DNA of 61,055 nucleotides, counting the filler, from Nemertoderma westbladi (lineage: Eukaryota > Animalia > Xenacoelomorpha), in the NCBI GenBank assembly GCA_032718475.1. It is 3 parts of 3 records of this genome, joined end to end, with 100 filler letters (N's around TTAATTAATTAA, not from the genome) between each part and the next. Parts side by side here need not be neighbours in the genome. Positions count along the whole stretch, not along the records: positions 1 to 18,940 come from JAUCBJ010007868.1; 2 more parts are not named here. One strand, given 5' to 3'. Made by a program: the position numbers and the translations under genes. The notes beneath the pieces were generated by a model. It was not told where the DNA came from and did no database searches. It saw only the letters and a program-made list of their open reading frames with translations. Shown here one piece after another: positions 1-10,490 of this stretch (within the stretch, counting starts at the first letter, position 1; every line of letters begins with the position of its first letter).

Positions 1-561
1 ACGCTGTAGTTGGTGGCCACGTTGTCAGCATATACAGTATACAGTGGTTGGTTGCGTGAATAGGAAATAACTATGGAAATGTTCGTATACGTGTAGCTGG
101 AAACGTGGCGGAATTTCAACACGTATCCTACTGCAGGACTGGTAGGTTGCTTGGTTGAATGGATTGGTGACAGCCGTGGTGAGTTGGCGATCGATTCGAT
201 ATAATAGGGTAGTGTGGGGCTAGCCACGCGATGAGAGGTTACGTTACGCGAAGATGAATATGCTATGGTTGGTTGATGCAACGACGCGAACCAATACTGA
301 CGGGAGGTAACAGCTGTAGGAGTAAGGCGGGCATCGCGAGGTTAGGCTACGCGTAGATGATACGCAGCGATTGGTTGAAGGCAACGACGCGAATCAATAC
401 TGTTGGTGACAGATGGTCATTAAACACCTCGATTTAGCACCGGAATTTGGCATTTTTTAATTGCCTCCGAGATGTGGCCCGTAGCCCAGGCTAGGGAGGA
501 GTTAGCCGAGAACTATGCTTCTCCTACTACTCCCGTTCATACTCAACTCTAGCGGTACTGA

Positions 562-825
562 AGCGGTAAACCAGCGGTACACTACCCGGAGCCCGCTCAC
601 ACTCAACGGTAAACCAGCGGTACACTACCCGGAGCCTGCTCACACTCAACGGTAAACCAGCGGTACACTACCCGGAGCCCGCTCACACTCAACGGTAAAC
701 CAGCGGTACACTACCCGGAGCCCGCTCACACTCAACGGTAAACCAGCGGTACACTACCCGGAGCCCGCTCACACTCAACGGTAAACCAGCGGTACACTAC
801 CCGGAGCCCGCTCACACTCAACGGT
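562..825. repeat. 43-bp tandem minisatellite, ~6 copies
   Basis: Unit CAGCGGTACACTACCCGGAGCCCGCTCACACTCAACGGTAAAC recurs every 43 bp. Confidence 0.95.
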
Positions 826-899
826 ACTATAATTGCGGTACCGTTGCGGTAACTGGTCGTCTCTGTTCACAGTCGAATTTGGTGTAAAAATCATATATT

Positions 900-2330
900 T
901 TTTTTAATTGTAGTACCATTAAGACCTAATTTTATGGAGATTTCAAATCTTTGCGCGGTATCGCAATATCACCTTTAGTTTTCGAGATATTGGGTTTTTT
1001 TCCCTACTTACACTTTTCGTATCATAACAAAATTCCAAAATCCCAGACATTTGTCTAATTTCGCCAATTGTAATTCTTGCGGGGTTTTTGATGTCGGTGA
1101 TAGCACTTTTTAAATAATCTGACAAAGACTTGACTGTTTTTTTTGTTTGTTTGCTTTTCGTTCTATATAAAAATTTCAAACTGATGGACAAACAAACATA
1201 CAGGCAGGCAGGCAGGCAGCCTAGATTCCGCCAAACAAAAAAATGATATCGGAAGTAAAGGTCTGACACAGTGAACCCCCATAATAGAAATGTTAGCAAG
1301 CTGGTGTGATTTACTATAATTGGACGGAGAACTGAGGTACCTGACAGACAGACAGCCTAGATTCCGACAAACACAAAAAATGATATCAGAAGCCCGGAAT
1401 GAAATCTCCCACCCAGTAGACCCCCATAACGGATATTTTAGCTAGACGGTGTGATTTATTATAATTGGACGGACAACTAGCAGACACACAAACAGACTGA
1501 GGGTCAGCCTAGATTCCAACAAACGTAAAATTTGAAATTTTTAGTTTATCATCATCCTTACTGTGGGACATTATTCAACTAACATTCTTTCATATTCACA
1601 GATATTTAACGCGGGAAGGTTAAAAAAAATACATTTTGTTGTTGTCACTTACTCCTATTTTATTTTTTGGTCACTTTTAGTCATTAAAAATGTATTTCCT
1701 CCTTCAATCTTTATTCGATTTGACTAGTTTTTTTGTTTGAAAGCCCTGTCTCTCCTAAAAAATTTTCCTTAGCTTAGACGGATTTTTGAATTTCGCTCTA
1801 GTTCTCGAGAAAAGTTAGAATAAAGCCTGTTTAGTCTATAAAACTTCGTGTCACAAAAAGTGCAATAAAATCGTTTTGAAAAAGAAATTAAAAAATTCGT
1901 CAAACTTAGTCGGTCGGATTAGCGATACCATAAATGTTTTGACAGTTGGGGGTTTTCCTAGTCGCTGATTTTATTTCTGATGTCAATTTTAAGGTTTGAC
2001 AGAATCTAGAAAATCTATATGTCTGTCTGTCGGTATATGACAGTCTGTCTGTCTTGACAGACAGACAAATATACAGAAATACTAAACTCCGTCAAACAGG
2101 AAAGATAACACCGGAAATGAAATCACCGACCATAAAAACCCCTGCAGAGAAAGTTTTAGGTAAGTAGTGTGCTTCGTTATGTTTTTTGACTGACAGACAA
2201 GATTACGCCAAATTTGAAAACTAATACCGGAAATGAAATCCTCGACCACATAAACACATATAGCAATAATTTTAGTTAGGTGGTGTAGCAGACAGACAGA
2301 CAAACAGACAAACATACAAAGTAATAGAAT
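900..2330. mobile_element. Unclassified non-autonomous interspersed repeat region with (CAGA)n tracts and internal repeats
   Basis: Repeated modules (CCTAGATTCC, ACCCCCATAA, GGTGTGATTT, CAGACAGACA) at ~1220, 1355, 1505 and 2080-2310. No credible ORF. Confidence 0.45.
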
Positions 2331-2724
2331 AATTGAAAAACAGACAACTTAAGCTTATGATATGATGTTAGGGTTTCGATTTCTGAAATCTACGTTAAAT
2401 TCTGATTTAGAATTGAATAAAAAAAATAGGAAATTTATTTATTTTGTGAAAAGTTCTGTGGCACTATCTTAAGAGATTCTTAAGAGAACGATCCAGTTTA
2501 TCAAATTTATCAGTTTAGAAAATAATGTCATCGTATGAATGAATACATTATAAGATAATTTTAACCCAATTTAATGAAATAACCTGCGATTTTCGAAGCC
2601 TCACGATCCGTTTTCTCTCCAATTCCTTTTGCCAAGGGGCTTGTGTTGAACCTCCATTCTCCTCGCCACAGGTAGTCATTCGTCGCATCACAATCTAAAT
2701 GTAAAAGTAATTTAAAAGACCACG

Positions 2725-2825
2725 ATGACTCACCATGTCTATACCATGACTCACCATGTCTATACCATGTCTATACCAGACACACCATGTCTATACCATG
2801 ACTCACCAAGTCACCACCATGTCTA
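2725..2825. repeat. Degenerate short tandem repeat (CCATGACTCA/CCATGTCTATA)
   Basis: Directly visible 10-11 bp units. Confidence 0.85.
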
Positions 2826-3416
2826 ATTTTTTTGCTGCTACTTACTTAATTACATTATAGCTCTGTCTGTGGGACGAGTCAAAACTGCAAGCCATCAGAG
2901 AACTGTTATAATTATATATACGAAAGTATATAAGACAATATACAAAACAATATACGAAAGTTTACACGTGCATCAAGATTATGCAGGTTAGTAAAGGGTT
3001 AAATTAAATAACAAATGCTGACTTTTAACCTGGCAAAATACCACATTGCAAAATGCCCAGGGGTGGCATATATATTTTTTTTTTGGGGGGGGGGTAGGGG
3101 GGGGGGGGGTGGGGGGGGGTTGGGGTTGGGGGGGGGGGGGGGGGGGGCGGGTACGGTCTGTCGGTAGGTATCAAAACTTTGTAAACTTTTTATCTACTGT
3201 ATTACACACACACACAAAGTTTCACCAAATTTGACTGAGCACTTGCTGAGATATTGACGATCGAACATCGAACCAGACAGACGGACAAACAAATGTACAG
3301 ACACACAGGCTATTCACATATTGCACAAAGTGATTTCATGCAAAGGCTTTCTGACTATGTGTGCCAAGTTTTTAGACTGAGATATTGTAACGAGATATAG
3401 ACAATAATTAATTCAA

Positions 3417-3660
3417 GCAAGCAAAAGCAAACAGTCTGCCGAAGCCGGAGTCAACCCGAAGGCTCCTCTTTCGATAGCTGTTACCCGAGGGTAGGGGTGG
3501 GCGCTAATCCTATCCCAAGGTTTGATCCCACTTATTTAATTGGTACTCATTTTATCGACCCCAGTGGATGATAGGTTGACTCGGACGCCTGGCGGCGGCT
3601 GAACCTTAACAACGCAATAGATTGTAGGCCCCGGCGCTCAACCAACTAAGCTACCCCGCC
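3417..3660 (-). mobile_element. tRNA-derived SINE
   Basis: Minus strand starts GGCGGGGTAGCTTAGTTGGTTGAGCG (A box), then GGTTCAGCC (B-box-like), a central GGGGTCGATAAAATGAGTACC block, and a (TTGC)n tail. Confidence 0.75.
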
Positions 3661-3805
3661 TTTGTATTAAGGTAATTCACTGGGGTCTAAATGACCCCAA
3701 TCTGTAGACCGTGTGACTCAATAATTATCGAGTCTATGTGGGTTATGATGCTTATGTAGTAAAACCTTTACTGTAACCACAGGACTTGAAGTCTAACCAG
3801 AAAAG

Positions 3806-3960
3806 TTACAAATCTACACAACTTCGGGATTTCGATTTCTTCCTTGTTTGCCATTCTTTCTTCCAACTCGGTATCTCTAGAGGTTCTTCATCCCTCTCAA
3901 GGTGCGTCGAATAATTATTTGCTCTATCGCTATTGCTAGACTCATCTTTAACTTCTGCCC
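3806..3960 (-). CDS. Probable terminal coding exon of the TNKS1BP1/KIAA1671-like gene
   Basis: Polypyrimidine tract plus TAG acceptor at 3961. Reads AEVKDESSNSDRANNYSTHLERDEEPLEIPSWKKEWQTRKKSKSRSCVDL*. Its phase (1) does not match the phase-2 donor at 4724, so the linkage is unresolved. Confidence 0.5.
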
Positions 3961-4724
3961 CTACTACAAGAAAAAAATTAAATTTTGTTCCGTTTACTAT
4001 TATTCCTACTACATAAGTAAATTAAACTCAAAACATTTTATAGTAAAGTTATTTGTGTTGTTCTAAAACAAGGCAAATAGTGGTAGCTTAATTAAATAAG
4101 ATTTTTGAGTTTGAGTTCTTGAATTGCAAGACTTAAGTGTGCATTCACTATGACAAGAGCAACTATGATGACATGACGTCATTGCGGGCACTGTGGTGCA
4201 ATGCCGGCGACTCAGAAATAAAAGACCCCAAAAGCACTCGGTAGTACGGATTTATTCTTAAGTCCAGCGAGTTTAAGAAGCCGGCGAAGGAGAGTTATTG
4301 ATTTATCATCAGTTCTCGTCAAGCCAGGAGGAATGTCTAATATTGTGAATCGGTATTACTGTTTTCATCTAGTCACTACCATCCAGATATCTTTTGTCCT
4401 CGACAGTAACAGCCGCGATGAACTGCCAAAATGAGGCACAAGATCCTCAGTTGCACTGCTTTTCCTCTATGCGGATGTAGAGGTCCATCGACAAACTCCA
4501 TTAAATTTCAGATCTTCCATCAGATCTTATGAATCTGATAACCTTTTGATGTCTAACAACAAATGGCTTTATAAAATCCATATTGTATTTTGCATCTGTA
4601 AATTGGTAACTTTGTAGGAGCTGTACCAATATTCTAAGATTTTATTAGAAAACCATACAATAGGGCACAGTAACCCTATTTAGAAATCAATTAGACATTA
4701 TACTACACTACACATATACATTAC

Positions 4725-7170
4725 CTGGTTGCAGTCACGTTCTTTGTAACATCAGAAATAACGTCATGGATTCTGCTGAGAGAATGTTCAGAATCGCCTG
4801 CAATGGAAGATTGACCTTGGTTATCTTTTAAATAGCTATTATTTGTCTGAAGATACTCTGTTTGAATGTTGTCCAGGCAATTTTCTTCCAAGATATCTTT
4901 ACTTGGTGGTACCTGCAATTTAATTCCAGGGTCATTCTCGTGTACAGGATCTCGTTCATGTGAAGAATTTGAAGTTGTATTAATCGATGTGTTTGTGGTT
5001 TCAGAGTTTATCAATTTTTCATCACCCTCTGACGCTTTTGATGTATGTAGAGGCATTTTAGTCGATGGATCATCTTCGTCATCAGAAAGTATGAGGACGG
5101 CGCGCCCTGTAGAGGATGAGCGCTTCCGTTCACAGATCTGCTTCTTAAATTGAGTGGGAAGAGTCGTTGCCTTTTTATCTGAAACACATGGTTGTATTCT
5201 CAATTGAGCAGGAAGAGTTGCAGCTTTATCTGGCAAACTAACTCGACGACTTCTTAGTTTCACTTTAGATTCATCTAGTTCATCTCTAGATAAACTACGC
5301 CCTTTCGCTATTCCAAGACGTGGTGTTTTGTTTTGTTCATATTTCAAACTTGTTTTCTTGGCTGTCCCAAATGGTGGCGATATCGCTTCAACTTTCGACA
5401 AACTACATCCCTTTGCAATGCCAAAACCTGGCAACTTTTTTTCATCTCTAGGCAAACTGCTTTGTTTGGGTGAATAAGTTTGTGATTTATTTATATCATC
5501 TTTCGACAAACTGCGTCCCTTTGCCATACCTGGGCCTGGGGACTTTTTTTCATCTTTTGGCAAACTGGTTCTTTTGATAGAATGAGATTGTGACTTGTTT
5601 ATATCATCTTTCGACAAACTTTGTTCCTTTGCCATTCCTGGGCCTGACGACTTTTTTTCGTCTCTTGGTAAACTGGTTCTTTTGATAGAAAAAGATTGCG
5701 ACTTATTTATATCATCTTTCGATAAACTGCGCCCATTTGCCATACCTGGGCCTGGGGACTTTTTTTCATCTTTTGGCAAACTTGTTCGTTTGAATGAATA
5801 CGGTTGTGATTTATTTATATCATCCTTAGACAAACTACGTCCCTTTGTAAAACCTGGATCTGGGGTCTTTTTTTCACCTTTAAACAAACTAGGTACTTTT
5901 GGGTGGCCAAGTCGTGGTGATGTTAGTTCATCCCTAGACAAACTTCTTGCCTTTGTTGTTGTAGAGGTTTGACCCCTCTGCGTTCGATCAGGAAATAAAT
6001 CACTTATTTTATCAGGTTTTACAGGTTTTTGGGGTTTGGGTGCGATGCTAGTTGGTTCTATCTTCTTACATGAACTTGTGCTTCGCAAAATGTCAGCTGC
6101 TGACTTTAACTCCTGGAATTTCATGGATTTATCTACAACACTCATCGTAGAATGCCTAGGCATTGTGGAGCCTTTATTTGTAGCATATTGACCAGTAGGT
6201 CGCGTCTTTTTGCATATTCCTGTGGCCGACTTTACAGGATCTTCAGTTATCGATACCATCTTTTGATGGTTGTGAGGCAATGTAGTAGATTTAGTTTGGT
6301 TACTAGGATGAAGCGCAGAAGTCAAGGAAGTGCTTGATAAAATCTTCCGCTTTGTAGCAGGGCTGCTGGGTTTAGGAGAAAGAATTTGGGGAGGTGTTAA
6401 CGACACTCTCCGTGTCAGACTAGATGAAAGCCCTGCATGAGACGAACTGCCACTATCATCCAAAGTTTTCCCCCGCTTTAGAGATGCCACCTTAATGTTC
6501 CTAGAAGCGATAGGTGAAGGTTTAGAAGGTAGTGGTTGTGATTCTTTTGAGCTTCTATCTGTATTAACTTTGGTGGTAGTGCTATCAAATCGCTTTGTAG
6601 AAATGCCATTGGATAGAGGAGCAGAGATTGGCGTGGTGCCGATTTTTGAAGGGTTTGTCGGAATTAATGGCTTTTTAGTTTGTGAGAGGTTCGGTGAAAT
6701 ATTTCCAGGCTTATTAGAGTCTGCTGACCAACGTGGTTTGTTTGGGGTTGTAGCCGGTTGATTAACTACATTCTGCGGACTGCCTTGAGGCGGCTTATAT
6801 GGAGAAGATGTTGATTTTAGTTTTGGGAACTGGAATGGTTTCGCGGTGGTGTCCACTGGCGGGTTTGTCGTTATGGAAGACTTTCTGGGTAACCCAGGGG
6901 ATCCCCTGGTTCCTGGAGCCCGATTGGGTCGCCCCCGAGAGCTCTTCAATGCCCCTCGTATGTCGCCCACATTGATGCCCATCATTGGATTGAAAGGTCG
7001 GGCTCCGGGTGGTCCCAGTCCGGCCTTTGGCAACAATCCCGGAATTATTAGTTTTGGCCCTGGTGCATCAAGCTTAGGAGCGTCATCATCACGGACAAGG
7101 GCAACCTTCTTTGTAGACGGATCGGTTGAATCTTCGAACTTGAATTTATCCTTTTCTTTTTTCAAATTCT
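4725..7170 (-). CDS. Large internal exon of a Ser/Pro/Lys-rich disordered protein with TNKS1BP1/KIAA1671-like motifs
   Basis: ~815 open codons, TTTATTTAG acceptor at 7171, AG|GTAATG donor at 4724. Contains FKFEDSTDP and FNPMMGINVGDIRGALKS motifs and internal 36-aa repeats. Confidence 0.8.
5270..5950 (-). repeat. In-frame 108-bp (36-aa) coding tandem repeat, ~6 copies
   Basis: KGRSLSKDDINKSQxxSxKRTSLPKDEKKSPGPGMA repeated. Confidence 0.9.
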
Positions 7171-8494
7171 CTAAATAAAAATAAAGTAACTTTTATTCAT
7201 TGCATCAAGGTTTAATATCCTTAATATCCTTGATCCTTGATGGTTAATATTCTAACATACTTTACTAGTTATTAAACATTTCAGCTAGAATGTCCAGCAC
7301 GCCATCTCTAAAGCGAGATGGCGTTCTGTTGGTTTGAACTTTCCGAACTTGCGACTATTCCCCGCCCACTCAGCCTTCCAACGACACCACCCAAGCAGCA
7401 CACACAAAATCGCAAAAGAAAATAGAATTTGTTCAAACCAAGAACCGAAAATTATACTTTGCCACAAATCGTGACATAATCTTAAAACATACATTATGTA
7501 GTAGGTATTCCTATTATTTTTACATAATGATTCCTAAAGATTTAATGTGTAATTATTAGCATACTGAAACTATAACCCATTAAATCTACAAAAAAAGATG
7601 AGAGTAAACCCAAACTAATTCGCAATTCATCCCAACCATTTTTTGTTATTCTACATTAACAACTTACTTAGTGTGGGTCACTTTCAATTTCATGGTTTTT
7701 TTTAGAAACCCATCTATATTTACATAACAACTACTAATGGTGGGATTTTCCCAAGATTTGGTACAGATAATCTTTAATCACGTGATTATCGATTTACTGA
7801 ACTGACACTTCTACAGTCGGCAATTTAGTTTTCAGGGCAACTGAAAGTTATGTCTAATCATTTAGCCATTTTTATGTTTATATTTTTATTTTATATTTAT
7901 ATGTTTATATTTATTATCATTTCGGGTCGTGCAATATAGGAAGCTTATTAACACAACGTCTCTACTAAATGGGGGCACTTAACCTAGCCCATTGGATTTG
8001 TCGACCCCAAAAACTCTTGTCCCTAAAAATTGACGCGTTATATCGTATAGTATTACATTCCAAAGACGACAAATAAAGCAAGCTGAGCCTGAGGTTGGGA
8101 AATATTGCGAGCTTAACGGCTTGTTGTATCGAAACAGCTCCGTAATAAAGACAGGTAATAAAGTCAGAAACTCGACAAAATTGATTAAATCGCCTAATAG
8201 CAAACATATATATAGCAATAACAAACTAATCAATATTAATAAAACATGAAAAAGTTATAGACCAAAAATATCTGAAAAAACAACTTTATTCTTAAATTCT
8301 TACTTTTTTCGCTCAAATTTACACTAAAATCGGTAAAAAAGTTACACTTTTTTTCCCTAGGCAAAAAAAGTAACCAATAGGATTGCATTGATTTTACTTT
8401 TTTTCCCGGCGTAAAAAGTAAAGTAAAATATTTTTGGTGGAATTTCTTTAATTTTATTAAATGTGTTTAAAGAGCATTGACGTAGAAAAGGTCT

Positions 8495-8900
8495 GCACGT
8501 AATTTGAGCAAAAGCCATGCACGCACTCAAAAGTTATTGCAATTTATAATATTGACATTATTAGTGTCTGCAAGGCGTACTCTAAAACGGAACTCAATAG
8601 TCAATATCCAATATTGTTTTATGTTGTTAAGCGGTTCACTATAGTTACGTAATAAATATTCGAGAACACAAAATTATTTAACATTGAGTAAGGCAGCCTC
8701 AGGAGTTGAAAAGTACAATAATTTAAATTGCAGTAACTATGAAAGCAATATAGTAAAATACTACAGTTCAATTTACATATTTCTTTCCATTATATCGCTG
8801 TACGTTTTATTAACGAATTAAGCAACAAAAAGTACCAATATAAGAATAAAATTACGTATTACATGGGAAAAAAACGTAGAACATTTATTTTTCAATATTC
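8495..8900. mobile_element. Interspersed repeat, second diverged copy at ~13245-13635
   Basis: Collinear blocks ACGTAATTTGAG, AAAAGTTATTGCAA, CAGGAGTTGAA and AAGAATAAAATTACGTA occur at both sites. Confidence 0.75.
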
Positions 8901-8996
8901 TCTCGACCGTTTATTAACCTCGTTGCCGTTGGCGATCGGTAAATAAAATGCCTCGAGAATAATGAATAAAAAGTTCTACTTTTTTCCCATGTAATA
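8857..8996. mobile_element. Palindromic ~140-bp MITE-like element
   Basis: Arms TATTACATGGGAAAAAA..GTAGAAC and GTTCTACTTTTTTCCCATGTAATA with inner CTCGA/TCGAG. Confidence 0.75.
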
Positions 8997-9293
8997 AATA
9001 ATTATTTATGAAAATATTTTTTTACATATAAAGATTCCTTAAAAATAATAAATTAGGTACCACAACAATAATAAATGCCAAAAAACAGACACAAACCTGT
9101 TTTTTATAGAAAGGGGAATGGTGAAGTTTGTACAAGTAGCAGTAATGCAAGATTATGTATTTGAATGTCATCCCACAGATAGGGGAGGAGGGGAGTGGGG
9201 GGGGGGGGGGGGGGGGGGGTGTAGGACTCTGGACATAAAATGAAAATAAAATCGTAACCTGTTCTATTGACTTTAGTTTATTGTTTTGGATAG

Positions 9294-9736
9294 AACTAGA
9301 AAGCCAGCAAGCTGGCTTTAAACGAACCTGTCCCTCAAACCAGTACCGCAGTACCCTGAGTGAGCGAAAATGAAAACACGATAATTGCCATCAACACAAC
9401 GATAGAAACACCAGCTGCTGGTACTCATGTGGGCCTAGTAAGCTACTACTATTTATTGAATGGATAGGCCCAAACTGCAGAGAAGTATATTACTTGCCAA
9501 ATTTATTACTATCTCACTCTAACCCAGACAGTAATCAAACATCAACTGTAAGTTTGTATAATGTATTACCCCACCAGATGAATAGCTCTTCCCAGTAAAT
9601 CCTATGACAATAATCTATAAGGTTACTCACTGCTATGTTAGGTGGGAGGGAGTTGATGATAATGAATGAGGAGGGACCCAACTAACCCTTGTCTATGGGG
9701 GGTCTCCTTACAGCCAGCTGGCTGGCTTTTCTAGTT
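9294..9736. mobile_element. MITE-like element with ~25-bp terminal inverted repeats
   Basis: AACTAGAAAGCCAGCAAGCTGGCT at the left end, AGCCAGCTGGCTGGCTTTTCTAGTT at the right. Confidence 0.65.
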
Positions 9737-10288
9737 GAATCATATTATTCCGCAACTAAATAATTTACTCTTTTAGACGAATTTGTGCGTTTTTTTGCCG
9801 GACTAACAAATTTTGGCGACGTTCTGTGCGAGATTGGCGATATTTGAAAAGATTCTGAGGCTCAAATATGTTGCTCAGATGACTGAATATCTCAAATAAA
9901 AAAGTTGGTGCATACTCGACGAGTTGAAATCGGTGAAATTCGACTTTAAATGTTCAAAACCGCTATTTTTCAGTGACCCAGTGATCGAAACGCCACAAAA
10001 AATATACAGTCTTGTGCGCAACCAAAATTTATGGAGAGTTTGTTTTTAAAATTTTTGCGTACCTGCTTGAGTTTTTGAGATATTGGATGGTTATACATAT
10101 ATATATACACACACACACAACCACATCGTGTTTTTGAACGGATCAACTCTTGACAAGAACTACCCTGGCCTATTAATAGGCAGGTTCGTTATAACGTGTT
10201 ACTGTAACCTGTCCCTTGTCCTTAATATATGTAATGGATTGGAATGAATTTGAAATTAAAAAAATGCAATGAACTCAACACAACTTAC

Positions 10289-10490
10289 CGAAATGCTGTT
10301 TCGTTGGTTGCTTTCGTTCCTTGAGGATACCGGTTCTAATGAGTTGGAGTTTGTACTTAGATAACGAATTATCCAGTACTTCTAGAGTTTTTTCGACTTC
10401 TTTAGCAGCACTATCGGGACCCTTATTGGTGGCCTCAGCTCCATCTCCATCATCCACTCCAGTCTCACTTTCAGATCCGCAGTCACCCAT
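10289..10490 (-). CDS. First coding exon of the TNKS1BP1/KIAA1671-like gene
   Basis: ATG at 10490 with an upstream in-frame stop. The G|GTAAGT donor at 10288 is phase 1, matching the 7170 acceptor (QHF-E-NLKKEK). Encodes LDNSLSKYKLQLIRTGILKERKQPT. Confidence 0.7.

Noticed and set aside
3046-3234. Gly-rich ORF
   Set aside because: Arises from a poly-G tract; no coding evidence.
3585-3660. tRNA gene
   Set aside because: Degenerate cloverleaf running into a SINE body and tail.
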